Shown: piece by piece, positions 22,266 to 34,916 of the stretch | Position numbering within the stretch: position 1 is the stretch's first letter | Layout: every line of letters starts with the position of its first letter | Assembly (NCBI GenBank): GCA_038496445.1 | Contig: JALMLS010000453.1 | Location: 124,001-188,000, forward strand | Direction of reading: 5' to 3' | Source: Trichosphaerium sp. ATCC 40318 | Taxonomy: Eukaryota; Protista; Tubulinea | Length of the DNA: 64,000 nucleotides | Position numbers and translations under genes: made by a program | Notes under the pieces: generated by a model | Told to the model about the DNA's origin: nothing | The model's database searches: none | Seen by the model: only the letters and a program-made list of their open reading frames with translations

Positions 22266-25200
22266 ATGTCCAATCGCTTTTCATTTGCAGGTCTCTCAGA
22301 CGGAGAGGTTAAAGCCAGTTTGGAGCTAAATGGCACAAACGCGCTTCCGCCGCCTGTTGTAGAAACATTCTGGGAGAAACTATGGGAAAACTTTCAAGAC
22401 CCTCTAATCAAGATCCTATGCGTTGCGCTAGTGATTACAACAGTTTTAGCAATCTTTGGGTACGTGTCTCATATTTAACCAAAGAACGCCGAAAACTAAT
22501 AAAAATAGGTACGCCGACTGGATTGAAGGCGTAGGAATTGCTGTAGCTGTAGTTTTGGCAACATTCATCGCCACATACTCAGAATTCAGAAACGAAAGCA
22601 ATTTCCAAGAACAACAAGCTAAAGCATCTAAAGTAACAAGCAACGTATTCAGAAATAACGACGTTAAGAAAATACTCATCGGTGATATCGTTGTCGGCGA
22701 CTATGTGCTACTAGAGGTACGTCAATAGCGTCAAATAGCACAAATCACAAGTGACACATCTCTTTTTTTGTTGAGAAAGACTTCTATTTTTAATCCTCGG
22801 AAACGAAATCTGGTTGAAATCTCCGGCTAATTCTTCTTTTTTTTTGTAGCTTGGTAACGCTATTCCAGCTGATGGTGTTCTTGTTGCTGGTGAAATTTCT
22901 GTGAATCAAATGGCTCTTAATGGTGAGCCTGAACCTGTTGTAAAGGCTATTGCACCAGAAAAGTATCATGCTGTTGATCAACAAAATTTGGGTGATGAAT
23001 TCTTGTGTTTCCGTGGTGCACTTGTTGAAGAAGGTATACTCTTGATTTTTTTTATTATTGTCGGGTTTTATCACTGTCTAACTTCTTAATAGGAAAAGCA
23101 GTACTTCGTGTCAATAGTGTAGGTGTTGAAACAGTTTATGGAAGGCTTTATGAAGAGATGAGTACGTCGTTGAGCGCTTGTTATTATTTTTTACTTTGAA
23201 TTTTTTGGCTTAATTTATTAATGTATTTTTTTTTTAAATAGGTGATCCTGAAGAGCGCCAATCTCCCCTTCAATTTAAGCTTAAAAAGCTTGCTGATCAA
23301 ATTAGTATGTATGGATATGTTGGCGCTACCTTTATCGCCCTAGCTTTCTTGTTCAAGCAATTTGTAATGGATCAAGTACGTATTAATTTTGTGTTTTTTT
23401 TAATGGTAATTTCGTAACTAACTTTCTTATTTAAGGGTTACACTATCGATGGTATTGTCAACTACGCTCAAGAATGGCCTTTAGTTATTCAAGATGTTGT
23501 CAATTCACTTATTCTCGCAATTATTTTCGTCGTTGTACGTACTGTGCTTTCATAACAACGTGAACACGATTTTTTGAGTAATTTATCAATTTTGACATTT
23601 TACACCCTAGGTTGCTGTACCTGAAGGTCTACCAATGATGATAGCTATTGTTTTATCACTTAATATGCGCAAATTGTTGAAATCTAATGTACATGTCCGT
23701 CGTCTTCTTGGTATTGAAACATCTGGAAGTTTGAACGTTTTGTTCACTGATAAGACTGGAACACTCACGAAAGGTGCGACGGTTTTATACTTACTTTGTA
23801 ATCACGCTTACAATTTATACAGGTCACCTTTGTGGAGACTTGTTTGTTACTGGAGAAGAGAATCTTTACAAGAGCTACACAGCTATGCCTTCTTTTATCC
23901 AGAAACTTCTTGGGTTTGCTATTTGTGCTTCATCTGCTGCTCATATCAATCCTGGTACGTCCCTTTGTTTTTCTTCAATAACATTGCATCAATCAAGCAT
24001 ATCAATCAAGCGTTTCTATTGAGTTCTTATTGTTTAATATAGGAACCCCTCCTGTCATTATTGGAGGCAATGCTTCTGAGCGTGCTTTCTTAATGTTTTT
24101 GGATCAAGCCACTCTTGAGCGCAACTATGATGTCACACGTGAAGCAGAGATTATTTTCAACTCTTCTCTTAAATTTTCAGCTGCTGATATCACCGTCAAT
24201 GATAAACAAATCGACTACGTCCCAAAACGAGTACGTACAAATCTTCAACAAACACCAAAAACAAAAGCAAAAAAAATTTGCATGTTGTTCTCCTCAAGCA
24301 GTTACTAAATCCTTATAAATAGGTTTCTATCGTTAAAGGCGCTCCTGAGAAGGTTTTTAAGAACTGTAACATGTATTTTACCGAGTCTGGAGAGAAGAAG
24401 CCAATTGATGATAAAATAATAAGCAGTCTCGATAAACAATGCTCGCATTTGTCTAAAGATGCTGTTCGTGTTATTGCCGTTGCAATTACAGAAGAGCGTA
24501 TTGAAAAAGGACAAAAAGAAATGCCTACGAACCTTACACTTATCGGTATTATGGGTGTTCTTGATGTTATCAGAGATGAGTCTAGAACAGCTCTTAATAT
24601 TGCTAGAAAGGCTGGTATTCAAGCTGTTATGATTACTGGTGATAGAACTGAGACTGCTATTGCTGTTGCTAGAAAAGTAGACTTAGTACCAGCTAACTTA
24701 ACTGATGACCAGTTGATCAAAGCTAATAGAGTCTTGACTTCTCAGAAACTTAATGGTCTTTCTGATGATGAAGTAAAGCAGATATTACCTGATTTACGTG
24801 TTATTTCAAGAGCTTTACCAACTGATAAGAGTCGTCTTGTTAAGATTGCTCAATGTACGTCTTTTTCTTTCGGTTGTTTCTCGTTTTTTCGGTTTTTGTT
24901 TGTTTGAAGGCTTGACTGTTGACTGTTTTGTTTTAGCTCAAAATTTGGTTGTTGGTATGACTGGTGATGGTGTTAATGATGCTGCTGCACTAAAGATTGC
25001 TGATGTTGGATTTTCTATGGGTTCTGGTACTGAGGTTGCTAAGGAGGCTTCTGATATTGTTATTTTGGATGATAACATCTATTCCATTGTTAATGCCGTT
25101 TTATACGGTAGAACGATATTCAAGTCTATTCGTAAATTCATCGTCTTCCAATCTACAGGTACGTTAGTCGAACGACAAACCTTCGAATATAGTTCTATTG

Positions 25201-25939
25201 CGATTAACATTTTCATTTTTAGTTAACTTCTCGTCTTCTTTGATTGTATTCCTTGGTCCTTTTATGGGCTTTGACTTCCCACTTACATTAATTCAACTAT
25301 TGTGGGTTAATCTTGTTATGGATACACTCGCTGCTCTTGCTTTCGGCGGTGAAGCCGCTAAACAAAGGTAACAACAAAGACCTGGAGATGAAACTTTTTT
25401 GTTCTTACTTTTTTTCTAGTTACATGAGCGAAAAACCAATTCACCGTACTGAAGCCATTATCTCACCAGATATGTGGTCAGCTATTATCATTAATGGCGC
25501 TTTTATTGCATTTATGTGTATAGTATTCCTTGTCAATGATAGCGTCGTTGAACTGTTCACAAGAGATGGGATGCCTTCTAAAGAAGTTTTCCTTACTGCT
25601 TTCTTTGCTTATTTCATCTTCTTGACAAACTTTAATGCATTCAATGTCAGGACTGTCCGTGTTAATATCTTTGATGGATTATTCTCTAATATTGGTTTCA
25701 TTGCTGTTATCGCTGCTATCTTTATTATACAGATTGTATTCACTTACCTTGGAGGTAGTGTACTACGTACTGTTCCTCTTGAAGCTCAAGAATGGTTTTA
25801 TATTATTGGGGCTTCTGTTGTTATTATTCCTTTTGATACTCTTCGTAAACTCATTGTTTCTCCTCTATTACCTTCACATATTGTTGATAATAGTGTACAA
25901 GAAGATGGAGAGAATGGTGTTATTCTTAAAGAGGATTAA
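22266..25939 (+). CDS. P-type (P2B, PMCA-like) Ca2+-transporting ATPase, multi-exon
   Basis: VAVPEGLP, phosphorylation motif [44 protein letters not shown]. Confidence 0.95.
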
Positions 25940-26327
25940 AGAAGAAAAAAAAAAGACCGAAAGAAAGAAAGAAAAAAAAATAGAAGAAAAAAACCCATTT
26001 TAATGGTCCTTGTTTGTAGTGCTGTCAGTGGTTTGTGAATAAATATTTTTCACCTGTATCAAATTAGTAGTGTTGTATTAGTTGGATAGTAATTGATAGA
26101 TATTTGTAATTGACTTGAACTGTTTGCACGTGATGCAAAACACCAAAGTAAATGGTTTTTTTCAACAGTATTTCTTTCATCAAAGAGAACTTGTCATAGA
26201 GAGTGAAAGCTATTTAAATTAAGGCACATGCGATCTGCTACAAGGTATTTTGTTCAAGTATTCATACCGGAGAGTTCAGTGGAACGCTTTATTAATACAC
26301 TATATAATACGAGAATAATTTGTAATT

Positions 26328-28835
26328 TTATATGCCCACAGGCAATGGTGGCGGCTTTGGACTACTGTTGCTTGATCCTTGTTTTGCTACTTGATTACCA
26401 GGGTTACCAATGGTTTCGATAGATAAATTTACATCATTAGGAGTAAAGTACATAGTGCTATTGCCTTGAGATAGCGTTCTACAAAATGACATTAGAAAGT
26501 TATTGAAACCTCAACACGTGTTTCACCTGAGAGAATCCAATTTACGCAAAGTATTCCACATTGCCATCTTTGTTACCATGTCTACGTTTTCAAGACCTTC
26601 AAGGTAAGTTTTAATTTGATCAGCTTCAGCCTCGCCTTTAAAGAAGTTAGAAAGAGGACAAAGTGATTTTCTTCAGATTTCGAATGTTTACCTTCCATTG
26701 AAGCTGCTGCTACGTGGTGAGAATGTCTCACTTTAAGCAACTCTCCTTGTAGTTTCTCTTGCTCTATATCACCTTTCATTGTATATAGTTTGACTTCATT
26801 TTCAGATTGGACATGTTGAAGCTTGTTGAGCCTATCAGTTGTTTCTACGAAAAAGTTATTCTTCCTTGTGCAACTTTGTCAATGTGTTACCTTTAATGAT
26901 TGCCTGGAGGGTTCTCTCAGTTTCTTGGTTCTTACAGTGGTAAGATAGTACTTCTACTGAATGAACCAAGCATCCTCTATCTTCATAAAACGAGTCATTC
27001 CTAGAAAATCAGTATTTAGCTCGTATTCACAAACTAAAAAGAAATTACGTACTCTTCAAGTACGTATTGCTTTATGAGTTGGTTAAACTCTTGCATGAAC
27101 TTTTCTAATGTAACACGTGATACGCGTTCTATAATAATTGATCTAGCATGTTGACATATATCTCCTCTAAATAAACGGTTAAACAAGCAACAGTTTATTA
27201 ACAATACGAACTTTGGATCTTGCGTGAACTCAATCATTGTCTTCACATCAACAACTTGCCAAAAGAAAGTAAGCTCGACCACCTAGGATCATATTGTTAA
27301 ATAAGTGAAGTATCGGTGACGAATAGATGTGGTACCAGCTCAACATTGTCACATGTTCTACAAACAAACTCGTAGTTTAAGTAACGTGGCCTTCTGTCAA
27401 TTTTGCATACTTTGGATTTATTATCTTTAGAGATACCCTTGCTTGTACTCGACCAACTGAGTTCCAGGAGCTATAAAAGAATCAACCTAACATCCATACA
27501 CATTGCGTGTTAAACTCACCTCACAATACGGTGGAAGAAAGAATGCACGCTCGTATTCATCCGCAAGCATTTGATCAGTGAGAGTTTGAGAGTCTTGGAA
27601 CAATTGACACTTTACCAATCGCTCCTACATTCCATTTATTAGGCTTTTAAACAACCAACTGTTCCACGTACTGTCTTAGATCTCCTCTTTTCACTCTTTT
27701 TTTTAAGCGGCTTCCCGCCTGCGGAAAGATTAGAAGTGTATTCTCAACACTGTAATGTACCGTGTTTGAAATGAAAGCAGCCATCTTTGTCTTTAATAAT
27801 AATAGTTTCGTGGTCTTCTAGAACAATCTTCTTATGTACACTTTCTACCTCTTCATCTGCGGCTGGAACGTATAATATTTGACGTGACTCAAGCCTTAGT
27901 TGCCCAGTTTTAGTGTTTCTAATAAGCACTGCCGTGTGCTTTTTGGAAAAAAATGAGAAAACACTAAAACGCAGCGTTCGTACTTCATCGATATTTATAG
28001 CTGTTCTTATTCCGTCGTCGTCTTCAATGTCATCATCAACTATAACCTCTTCTAGAGGATCAAGGAAAGCCAAACCTTGGCAACAAGTTAGTACCGCACA
28101 AAAACAGCTACAGTTGTTGAACGTACTTTGACCTTGTTGGACTCGTATTGCTCCAGTTTCTTTATTGATAGTGCGCACATACTCGAAGTGCTTCAGTGTT
28201 ATAGCTTTTAGAATATGTTCAATGGCCTCGTGGGCGCCTATGAAAACATTACGAAAGGAAATATGTTGAAAGATAGCATACCTGGCATAAAAACACAAGG
28301 TCCTCTAATTTGCCTTCTTTTACCAGTTTTTTGATCTAGTACAATGATGTAGTCGGTAGCACCTAGTTGTGGTGCTTGTTGCTTTCCGTAGGTAAGCATA
28401 CGCTCGTTCATATCTGGAAAATCATGTTAAAGATGTTCACAGAGTATGTAAAGTGGTACCAACAAACCGAAGAGCAGGTCCTTGCACTATATCAACTGCC
28501 CCACTAGTATTTATAAATCAACAATCAAAAAACTAGTTTGAAATATGCGCACGTGAGATTATTGCAAGTCTTCAAGTACTCAGTATCTGATAGAGTTATC
28601 GCTTGATGTTTATGTGATGTAACACAGCATCCTGCACAAAACACTAGAGCGCTGTTAGCTAATGGTTGTTTGGGATGTCTAGTTTGTTTGACGTACTTGC
28701 AGGCCCTGTTATGACTCTCCTGTGTCCACAACGGAGAAGACTTAGTTGCTGGCCTTCGTCTATCCATCTGAAAGCTGGTAGGCTTAAACAGTGTCAATAA
28801 AGTGTATATTCAATAGGAAGCTCCCTTACCACCAT
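26328..28835 (-). CDS. Major-vault-repeat-like / SPFH (band 7) domain protein with a C-terminal coiled coil, multi-exon
   Basis: Repeated beta modules (AITL...EY...N..TG.L.IV.GP), FLPPYCE, FVCRTCDNVELV.ELTFFWQV, GDICQHARS.II..VSRVTLEKFM..FN, then a coiled coil. Confidence 0.65.
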
Positions 28836-29108
28836 AAAAAGGACATATTCGTTGTATTAATTAGATGGTTTTTAAATAGTAGCTGTTTTTAGGGGTGAAA
28901 ACTGTTTTTTGAACCAAAAACGTGCAGTGAAAATGAAATTAGCGAAACAAAAACGTCGTGCCAGATTTGTTTGATAACATGTTTGCTTTGCTGGCAGGAT
29001 GATCAAATATTCTGTTATTTGTTGAAAGCGAATTAAAATGGATAAAATGGAAAATAAGAGCGAAAACAGAGTTTTAGCGAAATTGAAATTTTAATATTTA
29101 TAAGTATT

Positions 29109-29416
29109 TAGAGGTGGTCGCTAAACGGGTATAGCCGGCTAGCCTGTTTAGGTTTTTGGGACTGGTTATACCGGCTAAGAAAAATAAGAGAAAACTCATC
29201 CATTTTTTGCTTGTTACTAGGCTTTGGACCTATGTATCGAACACAACGAATTGCAAAGCCATTGAGAGCATGTAGAACTTAAAAAAAGCATGTGGTGCCA
29301 TGGTACAACACCGGTTTAGCCGATTACAAATTTTATTGCTGGTTTCTTAGCCGTCGGTTAACCGGCTACAGATTGTTGTCGTCTGCTCAACCGGGACCGT
29401 ACCGCGACCACATCTA
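29109..29416. mobile_element. hAT-type non-autonomous element (308 bp) with an 8-bp TSD
   Basis: TIRs TAGAGGTGGTCGC / GCGACCACATCTA (1 mismatch); perfect TSD TAAGTATT at 29101-29108 and 29417-29424; internal repeated CCGG motifs. Confidence 0.88.
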
Positions 29417-29988
29417 TAAGTATTACTTACCATGTCTGAAAAGATATTGTCCGTTTCAGCAAAGATAGTCAAATTGTGATAAAAAACCGATAGTTTTGGG
29501 TGCATACGAACAAGAAGTTGTGGCCCTTAAGCTGTGAACATAAAGCCCTTCTGTGTTTGCTTTAAGGTTGGCAAATTTAGCCGATTTTATTGACTGTAAT
29601 TGATGCAACACCTAACTAAAAGTTTTGCACTTTTTGGTCGATTTTTGAGACCATAGTCAATTTGCAATTTTTGAATAAATCAGCTCATGGCCACACTAGC
29701 CACCAAAGACTGAGCTTCAACCAATCTTGTCTCCTATATATTGACAGTTTCCAATCTAACATATTAATTATCATCTTGTTTTAGTTGAGTAAAGTTTTTG
29801 TAGAAGTAAAACAAGCTGTAACAACTATTTACAAAACGAGTTTATTTGGGCTATAATAATCGGGAGTGGCTGTTTAAAAGTAGGCTTAAAAAAATAGCAT
29901 TATTTCAGAGGTAAAGCTTGTGAGTATTGATGGCGTAGCCCAGGATAAAATAGAACGACTTTTCTTCGTTTTGGAACTATTTATTTAC

Positions 29989-31182
29989 TCAGTGCCAGCG
30001 CATGTATCGGTAAATGGAAATATGTGTATCCTCATAAATCTCTCTTAAAGAGGTTTCCAGAAACATTTCATAATAATTAACAAAAATAGTGAGCATACGA
30101 TCAAATGAAACTGAGCTTTCACGAGATACTGAAACAGCAAAAAGACCTTTAGGTATTAGTGCTTTGATACCTTCATTTGTCACGTGATTGCAATTGTTAA
30201 GGCCAATAGTATGAACTCCAACTAGTGCTTTGACACCCTCATCTGTAACTGAAGTACCTTCTAGATTAATGGCATGAACTCCCGCAAGTGTTTTGACACC
30301 TTCATCTGTCACAGCAGTGTTGCAGAGATCAATGGCGTAAACTCTAGTGAGAGCTTTGATTCCCTCATCTGTAACCGAAGTGCCTCCAAGGTGAATAATA
30401 GAAACTCCTGCAAGCGCTTTGATGCCTTCATCTGTAACTGAAGTTTCATCAAGGTAAATCGTATGAACGCCTGCAAGCGCTTTAATGCCTTCATCTGTAA
30501 CTGAAGTGCTTGATAGCAAGATGGAGTGTACTCCTTTTAGTGATTTTATACTATCATCGGTCACCGAAGTGTCAGTGAGATCAATGGTATGTACACCACT
30601 TAATGATTTAATTCCTTCATCTATTATATTTGTGAGCATTAAATCAATAGTATGAACACCTTTTAATGCTTTAATACCATTGTCTGTAATACTTTCACAG
30701 GCACAAAGGCAAATAGAATGAACACCATTTAGTGCCGTTATACCCTCATCAGTCACTGGAGTATGAGATAGGTCTATAGCATGTACACCACTTAATGCCT
30801 TTATACCTTCGTCTGTCACATACTTGCAACGCCCCAGACGAATAGCATCAACACCTGCAAGTGCTTTTAAATCAAAATCATTAATGGCACTATTGTTTTC
30901 ATAGTCTGCTGTGATGATAGATGTGTCAATATTAGAACATCCTCGTAGCAATGAATACAATGTGTTGTTTTCAACAGTCACAACAATGATAGTGTTGTTC
31001 ATGATTCCCTTGTACTGTCTAATCTTTAGAATATCCTGAATGTTTTTCAGATATATCTTTTTGTATCCAACAACATCATGGATAATATCAGCCATCAAAC
31101 GACACGATTGAGCAATATTGAACCTTGATTTGGCATCTGTATGATGTACAATAGTTGCAATAACCTCTGGAGGAAAATCCAT
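29989..31182 (-). CDS. F-box + 21-aa LRR tandem-array protein (intronless)
   Basis: MDFPPEVIATIV F-box; about 11 repeats of ALxGVHxIxLxxTxVTDEGIK. Confidence 0.88.
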   Translation of the reverse strand: MDFPPEVIATIVHHTDAKSRFNIAQSCRLMADIIHDVVGYKKIYLKNIQDILKIRQYKGIMNNTIIVVTVENNTLYSLLRGCSNIDTSIITADYENNSAINDFDLKALAGVDAIRLGRCKYVTDEGIKALSGVHAIDLSHTPVTDEGITALNGVHSICLCACESITDNGIKALKGVHTIDLMLTNIIDEGIKSLSGVHTIDLTDTSVTDDSIKSLKGVHSILLSSTSVTDEGIKALAGVHTIYLDETSVTDEGIKALAGVSIIHLGGTSVTDEGIKALTRVYAIDLCNTAVTDEGVKTLAGVHAINLEGTSVTDEGVKALVGVHTIGLNNCNHVTNEGIKALIPKGLFAVSVSRESSVSFDRMLTIFVNYYEMFLETSLREIYEDTHISIYRYMRWH

Positions 31183-31562
31183 AATGATAGGTTCTTTGTG
31201 TGTTGTCTGTTGCTGTGTTCTTTTTTTGTTGTTAGTGTGATCAGAAGTAAACAGTTTTTAGCGTACTGCCTTGTTTGTTTGCGCTTTGGTAACTTTTTGT
31301 ACTCAGACTCAACTTGTGAAACTCGTGTAGGTAAAATCGAGTCTGTTGGAAGTATTGTATGCAGTTTGCTTGTGTCATCAGTGGTTTTGAAGAGATACTC
31401 ATCTAATTGTCGCAGATAGTGTGCATTTGCGACGTTTAAAATGGTTTCGAGTTGGTTACTGAATGTTGTAAGCTGTTCGGCTTTAATTTTACTGAATTCT
31501 TCTTTGTGGTTTGTCTTGTAGTACACAATAGCCTGTTCAACAGATACAGAGGGAAAAATCAT
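31095..31562 (-). CDS. Hypothetical protein; overlaps the start of the F-box/LRR gene in another frame
   Basis: 155-aa ATG-started ORF with a helical N-terminal half; no recognisable motif. Confidence 0.25.
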   Translation of the reverse strand: MIFPSVSVEQAIVYYKTNHKEEFSKIKAEQLTTFSNQLETILNVANAHYLRQLDEYLFKTTDDTSKLHTILPTDSILPTRVSQVESEYKKLPKRKQTRQYAKNCLLLITLTTKKEHSNRQHTKNLSLWIFLQRLLQLLYIIQMPNQGSILLNRVV

Positions 31563-31699
31563 GATTTGCTATGTGTGGCGCTAGTTCAACAGTCCAAAAT
31601 TCACTGAACTCGCTCAGGAAACTATTTGACTACTAAGTCGTTCGGGGCCATAGTTTTTTCCGAATTTTCCGAAAACAAAAATTCGAAAATATCTTCGCT

Positions 31700-31850
31700 T
31701 TCTGACAGCCCTTTGTTGAAAAACACAGATTTCAGTGTTTCGAAAAGGATACGCCGTAGCGTAACTGGCGAACACTTAAAACACCTCAAAGGTATATGTA
31801 CATTGAGCCTTGTAGGTGGCGAGAAGATAACAGCCGAAGGATTCACAATA
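31700..31850 (+). pseudogene. F-box/LRR gene fragment
   Basis: DSPLLKNT matches DSPLLRNT of the 15853 gene and is followed by VTGEHLKHLKGICTLSL..EKITAEG (one LRR); no ATG start or F-box. Confidence 0.5.
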
Positions 31851-31877
31851 CTTGTTATTTTTTTCTTACATAAATTA

Positions 31878-33221
31878 TTAATATTTGTTGTATCTATTGT
31901 GATAAGTGCATCTAATACCCAGTCCATTAATGTCCTCCTTTGCGATCCGTACACAATTCATTACTATTATTTCCTTCAATGACTTCAAGTGTTTCAGGCA
32001 GTTCTTTGTAATATTGCTACATTCGAACATTCTCAGTTTTTGAAGGTATACCAATGCCTTTAACCCTGAATCTGTTATTACATCGTTTACCAGAAGATTA
32101 AGGTACTTGACATTACTCAATGATACTATTCCTTCATCTGTAAATGATCTTCTACCATTAAAGATAAACACTGTATTAACATTGCTTAGGTGTTTAAGCC
32201 ATCCATTTCTACTTTTTTGTATTCCTGTTTCTGTGTAGTCACCAATTTCAATCTTATGTACTCCTTGAAGAGCCTTTATTCCTGTTGTCGTTATGAAATC
32301 GCATGCAGTAATATCTATAGTATGTACACCGCAAAGATGTTGGATGCCTTTATCTGTTACTAAGGTGTTGCGAAGATTTATGGTATGAACGCCAACAAGC
32401 TCTTTGATACCTTTGTCTGATATTGAAGTGTGTTGTAGATTAATCGTGTGGACACCTGTGAGTGCGCTGACACCTTTATCAGTCACAGCAGTGTTTTTGA
32501 GATTAATAGTATGTACGCCTGCAAGTGCAATGACGCCTATATCAGTTACTGCAGTGCGCTCAAGGCTAACAGTGTGGACTCCTGCAAGTGCACTTATACC
32601 TTTATCAGTTATGTGAGTGTCCGTGAGATGAATAGTATGAACGCCTGCAAGTGCAATAACACCTTTATCAGTTACTGCAGTGTCTTCAATGGAGATAACA
32701 TGCACGCCGTTCAATGCTTTAATACCTTCATCTGTCACACACGTGTCTTTGAGATGAATGGTATGGACACCAGAGAGTGCTTTAACGCCTTTATCTGTTA
32801 CGGAGGTGAAGCTAAGGTTTATTGTATGAACTCCAGCAAGTGCCTTTATACCTCCGTCTGTTACTGTAGTGTCTAATAGATTAATGGAGTGAACACCAGC
32901 AAGCCTTTTTATACTGTTATTTGATACTAAACCTTCACTAACGTCAATAGTATGAACTCCTTGAAATTTTTCCAGAATTCTGTTTACAAAGCCATACCCA
33001 TACATGCTATGGACTAACTTGATTTTTGTCTGTTTCATAATACCACGGTGTTTTACTACTTCTGTTGCTTGCTCAACTGTCTTGATTGTAACACTACAGT
33101 ATCCAACAATGTTATGAATGATAGAAGAGAGCAAATGACACGTTTGACAACAAGCAAAGCGAGCTTTCGTTGTGTGACGTAAAATAATCGATAAAACCTC
33201 TACAGGCATATCCAATAACAT
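31878..33221 (-). CDS. F-box + 21-aa LRR tandem-array protein (intronless)
   Basis: MLLDMPVEVLSIIL F-box; about 12 GVHTIxLxxTxVTDKG repeats followed by degenerate LRRs. Confidence 0.88.
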   Translation of the reverse strand: MLLDMPVEVLSIILRHTTKARFACCQTCHLLSSIIHNIVGYCSVTIKTVEQATEVVKHRGIMKQTKIKLVHSMYGYGFVNRILEKFQGVHTIDVSEGLVSNNSIKRLAGVHSINLLDTTVTDGGIKALAGVHTINLSFTSVTDKGVKALSGVHTIHLKDTCVTDEGIKALNGVHVISIEDTAVTDKGVIALAGVHTIHLTDTHITDKGISALAGVHTVSLERTAVTDIGVIALAGVHTINLKNTAVTDKGVSALTGVHTINLQHTSISDKGIKELVGVHTINLRNTLVTDKGIQHLCGVHTIDITACDFITTTGIKALQGVHKIEIGDYTETGIQKSRNGWLKHLSNVNTVFIFNGRRSFTDEGIVSLSNVKYLNLLVNDVITDSGLKALVYLQKLRMFECSNITKNCLKHLKSLKEIIVMNCVRIAKEDINGLGIRCTYHNRYNKY

Positions 33222-33604
33222 TGTTTTAGCACTATCAATGAGCTTTTAGAACTGTTTACTAAGAAATATAATTATTATACCTTTGATTCGACGTATCAGT
33301 GATGTTAGACATGTTGACTGTTTTTTTCTATTTTATTACTCTGTTTTTTCGTTGAGTGGCAGTTTATCCAAACCTGTTGACTATTTTTGACTTTTTCTTG
33401 AAATAATGGCTGTACAAACTGTGCTTGAAGAATTTACTGAAGTTGTCAACCATAGCAAGCTACAGCACGGTAACGAGATTGATAGTATCTCCAATCTGTG
33501 TTTGTCAGACTGGGCTTCTCATGCTTGCTCACGTACTGACATAGGAGAACGTTGACTTAAGATGAGCAACTCACACCTGCTATGCTAAATGTCCTCACTT
33601 TTAG

Positions 33605-33830
33605 TTGACTAGCGATTATGTGACAGATAAGGGTGTAAAAGCACTAGCAAGTGTTCATAGCATTAACTTGCGCTTACTTATGTTACAGATGAGGTTAAAA
33701 GATCACGTGAAAGGTGTTCATGCTATTGACCTTGGTCATACTTTAGTTACAAATGAAGGCATCAAAGAACTTAAAGGAGCTCATAGCATTAACCTTGAAG
33801 CTGTGTAAACGTGACAGCAAGGATATGTCG
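33605..33830 (+). pseudogene. Decayed cassette of about three 21-aa LRR units
   Basis: VTDKGVKALASVHSINL...KGVHAIDLGHTLVTNEGIKELKGAHSINL with a frame-disturbed middle, no F-box and no ATG start. Confidence 0.7.
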
Positions 33831-33934
33831 GTACTGGAAGGGAGTCTTATAAAATTTTGAACTTGCACTAAGAACATAAATCACAAATAAAATGTGAGAA
33901 CTTATGCAAATAACTTGTTTTATTTTCAAATTAT

Positions 33935-34690
33935 TTAAATTTTATGCTTGATAGGTTTGTAGTGATAGTAGTCGTCGTCATAGGTGTAATATGCCTCCTT
34001 GCATCCATTCTCCTCGAACTCAAATCCCTCACCCCAGAATCCATTTCCGTCTCCATTACCCTTTAATGTTTCAAAAAAAGTCCACTGATCAATCAAATAA
34101 TAAAACCGAACTGGGGTGATACAATGCCATCTAAATGGGCATCTGCAGCAACTTTTTGTTACTTTACCTTTGACATAACTATCCAAGCATCCACGTGGCT
34201 CTTTTTCAAACATACCATCCTTTTTGTAACTCTCCTCATTGCCGATGTAATAAAATCTTGAGACCTTTCCCCCTCCTTCTTTGTGACTCAATTCACAAGC
34301 TGTCCAATAGTCCAAGTGTTTGTCGTCATCTTCTTCCTCATCTTCCTCATTGTCATCTAGCATTACAGACGTGAGTTGGTAGGCAACGTCCATTGTAGGT
34401 ATTGGTTTGTCTTTAACAACAACAGGGGGAAGATTATCAAGGAAATATTGCTGTTCCGTAACACGGAAAGGTTGGCAATGCGTATCCCATACTTTTTTCC
34501 ATTTCTTAGATACTAGTTGCTTGTAAACATCAGCAGGCCATGTTTCGTTGATTATTAGCCCAAGCATTTCATTCGGAAGTTGTTTTATACCGATCTCTTG
34601 TACAGAATGCGTTAGCATGGTTTTTTTAGTAGTTGCGGCCATTTTGGAATGTGAGGTGTTAATTAAGACCATTATTAAGCCAACAGTCAT
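33935..34690 (-). CDS. F-box-like protein with an acidic tract and an unknown C-terminal domain (intronless)
   Basis: IKQLPNEMLGLII...LVSKKWKKV resembles an F-box; 251-aa uninterrupted ORF. Confidence 0.6.
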   Translation of the reverse strand: MTVGLIMVLINTSHSKMAATTKKTMLTHSVQEIGIKQLPNEMLGLIINETWPADVYKQLVSKKWKKVWDTHCQPFRVTEQQYFLDNLPPVVVKDKPIPTMDVAYQLTSVMLDDNEEDEEEDDDKHLDYWTACELSHKEGGGKVSRFYYIGNEESYKKDGMFEKEPRGCLDSYVKGKVTKSCCRCPFRWHCITPVRFYYLIDQWTFFETLKGNGDGNGFWGEGFEFEENGCKEAYYTYDDDYYHYKPIKHKI

Positions 34691-34916
34691 AAGTACTTAC
34701 TTATGGAAAAGTTGACAACTTTTCGAGGAGGTTTTAACGTTTTAACACCGCCTTGGTGTTTGGAGGCAGCAAGAGCTCTTTTATTAGCGGGTAGCGTGGC
34801 GCTACGTTATACACGTTGATTTTTTGAGACTCTCATTGTAAAAACACGTGATAAAATTAGAAAAGAAACTTGTTCAATGATTTACTGATACAGTCTTTAC
34901 AGTATAGCAGTTATCT

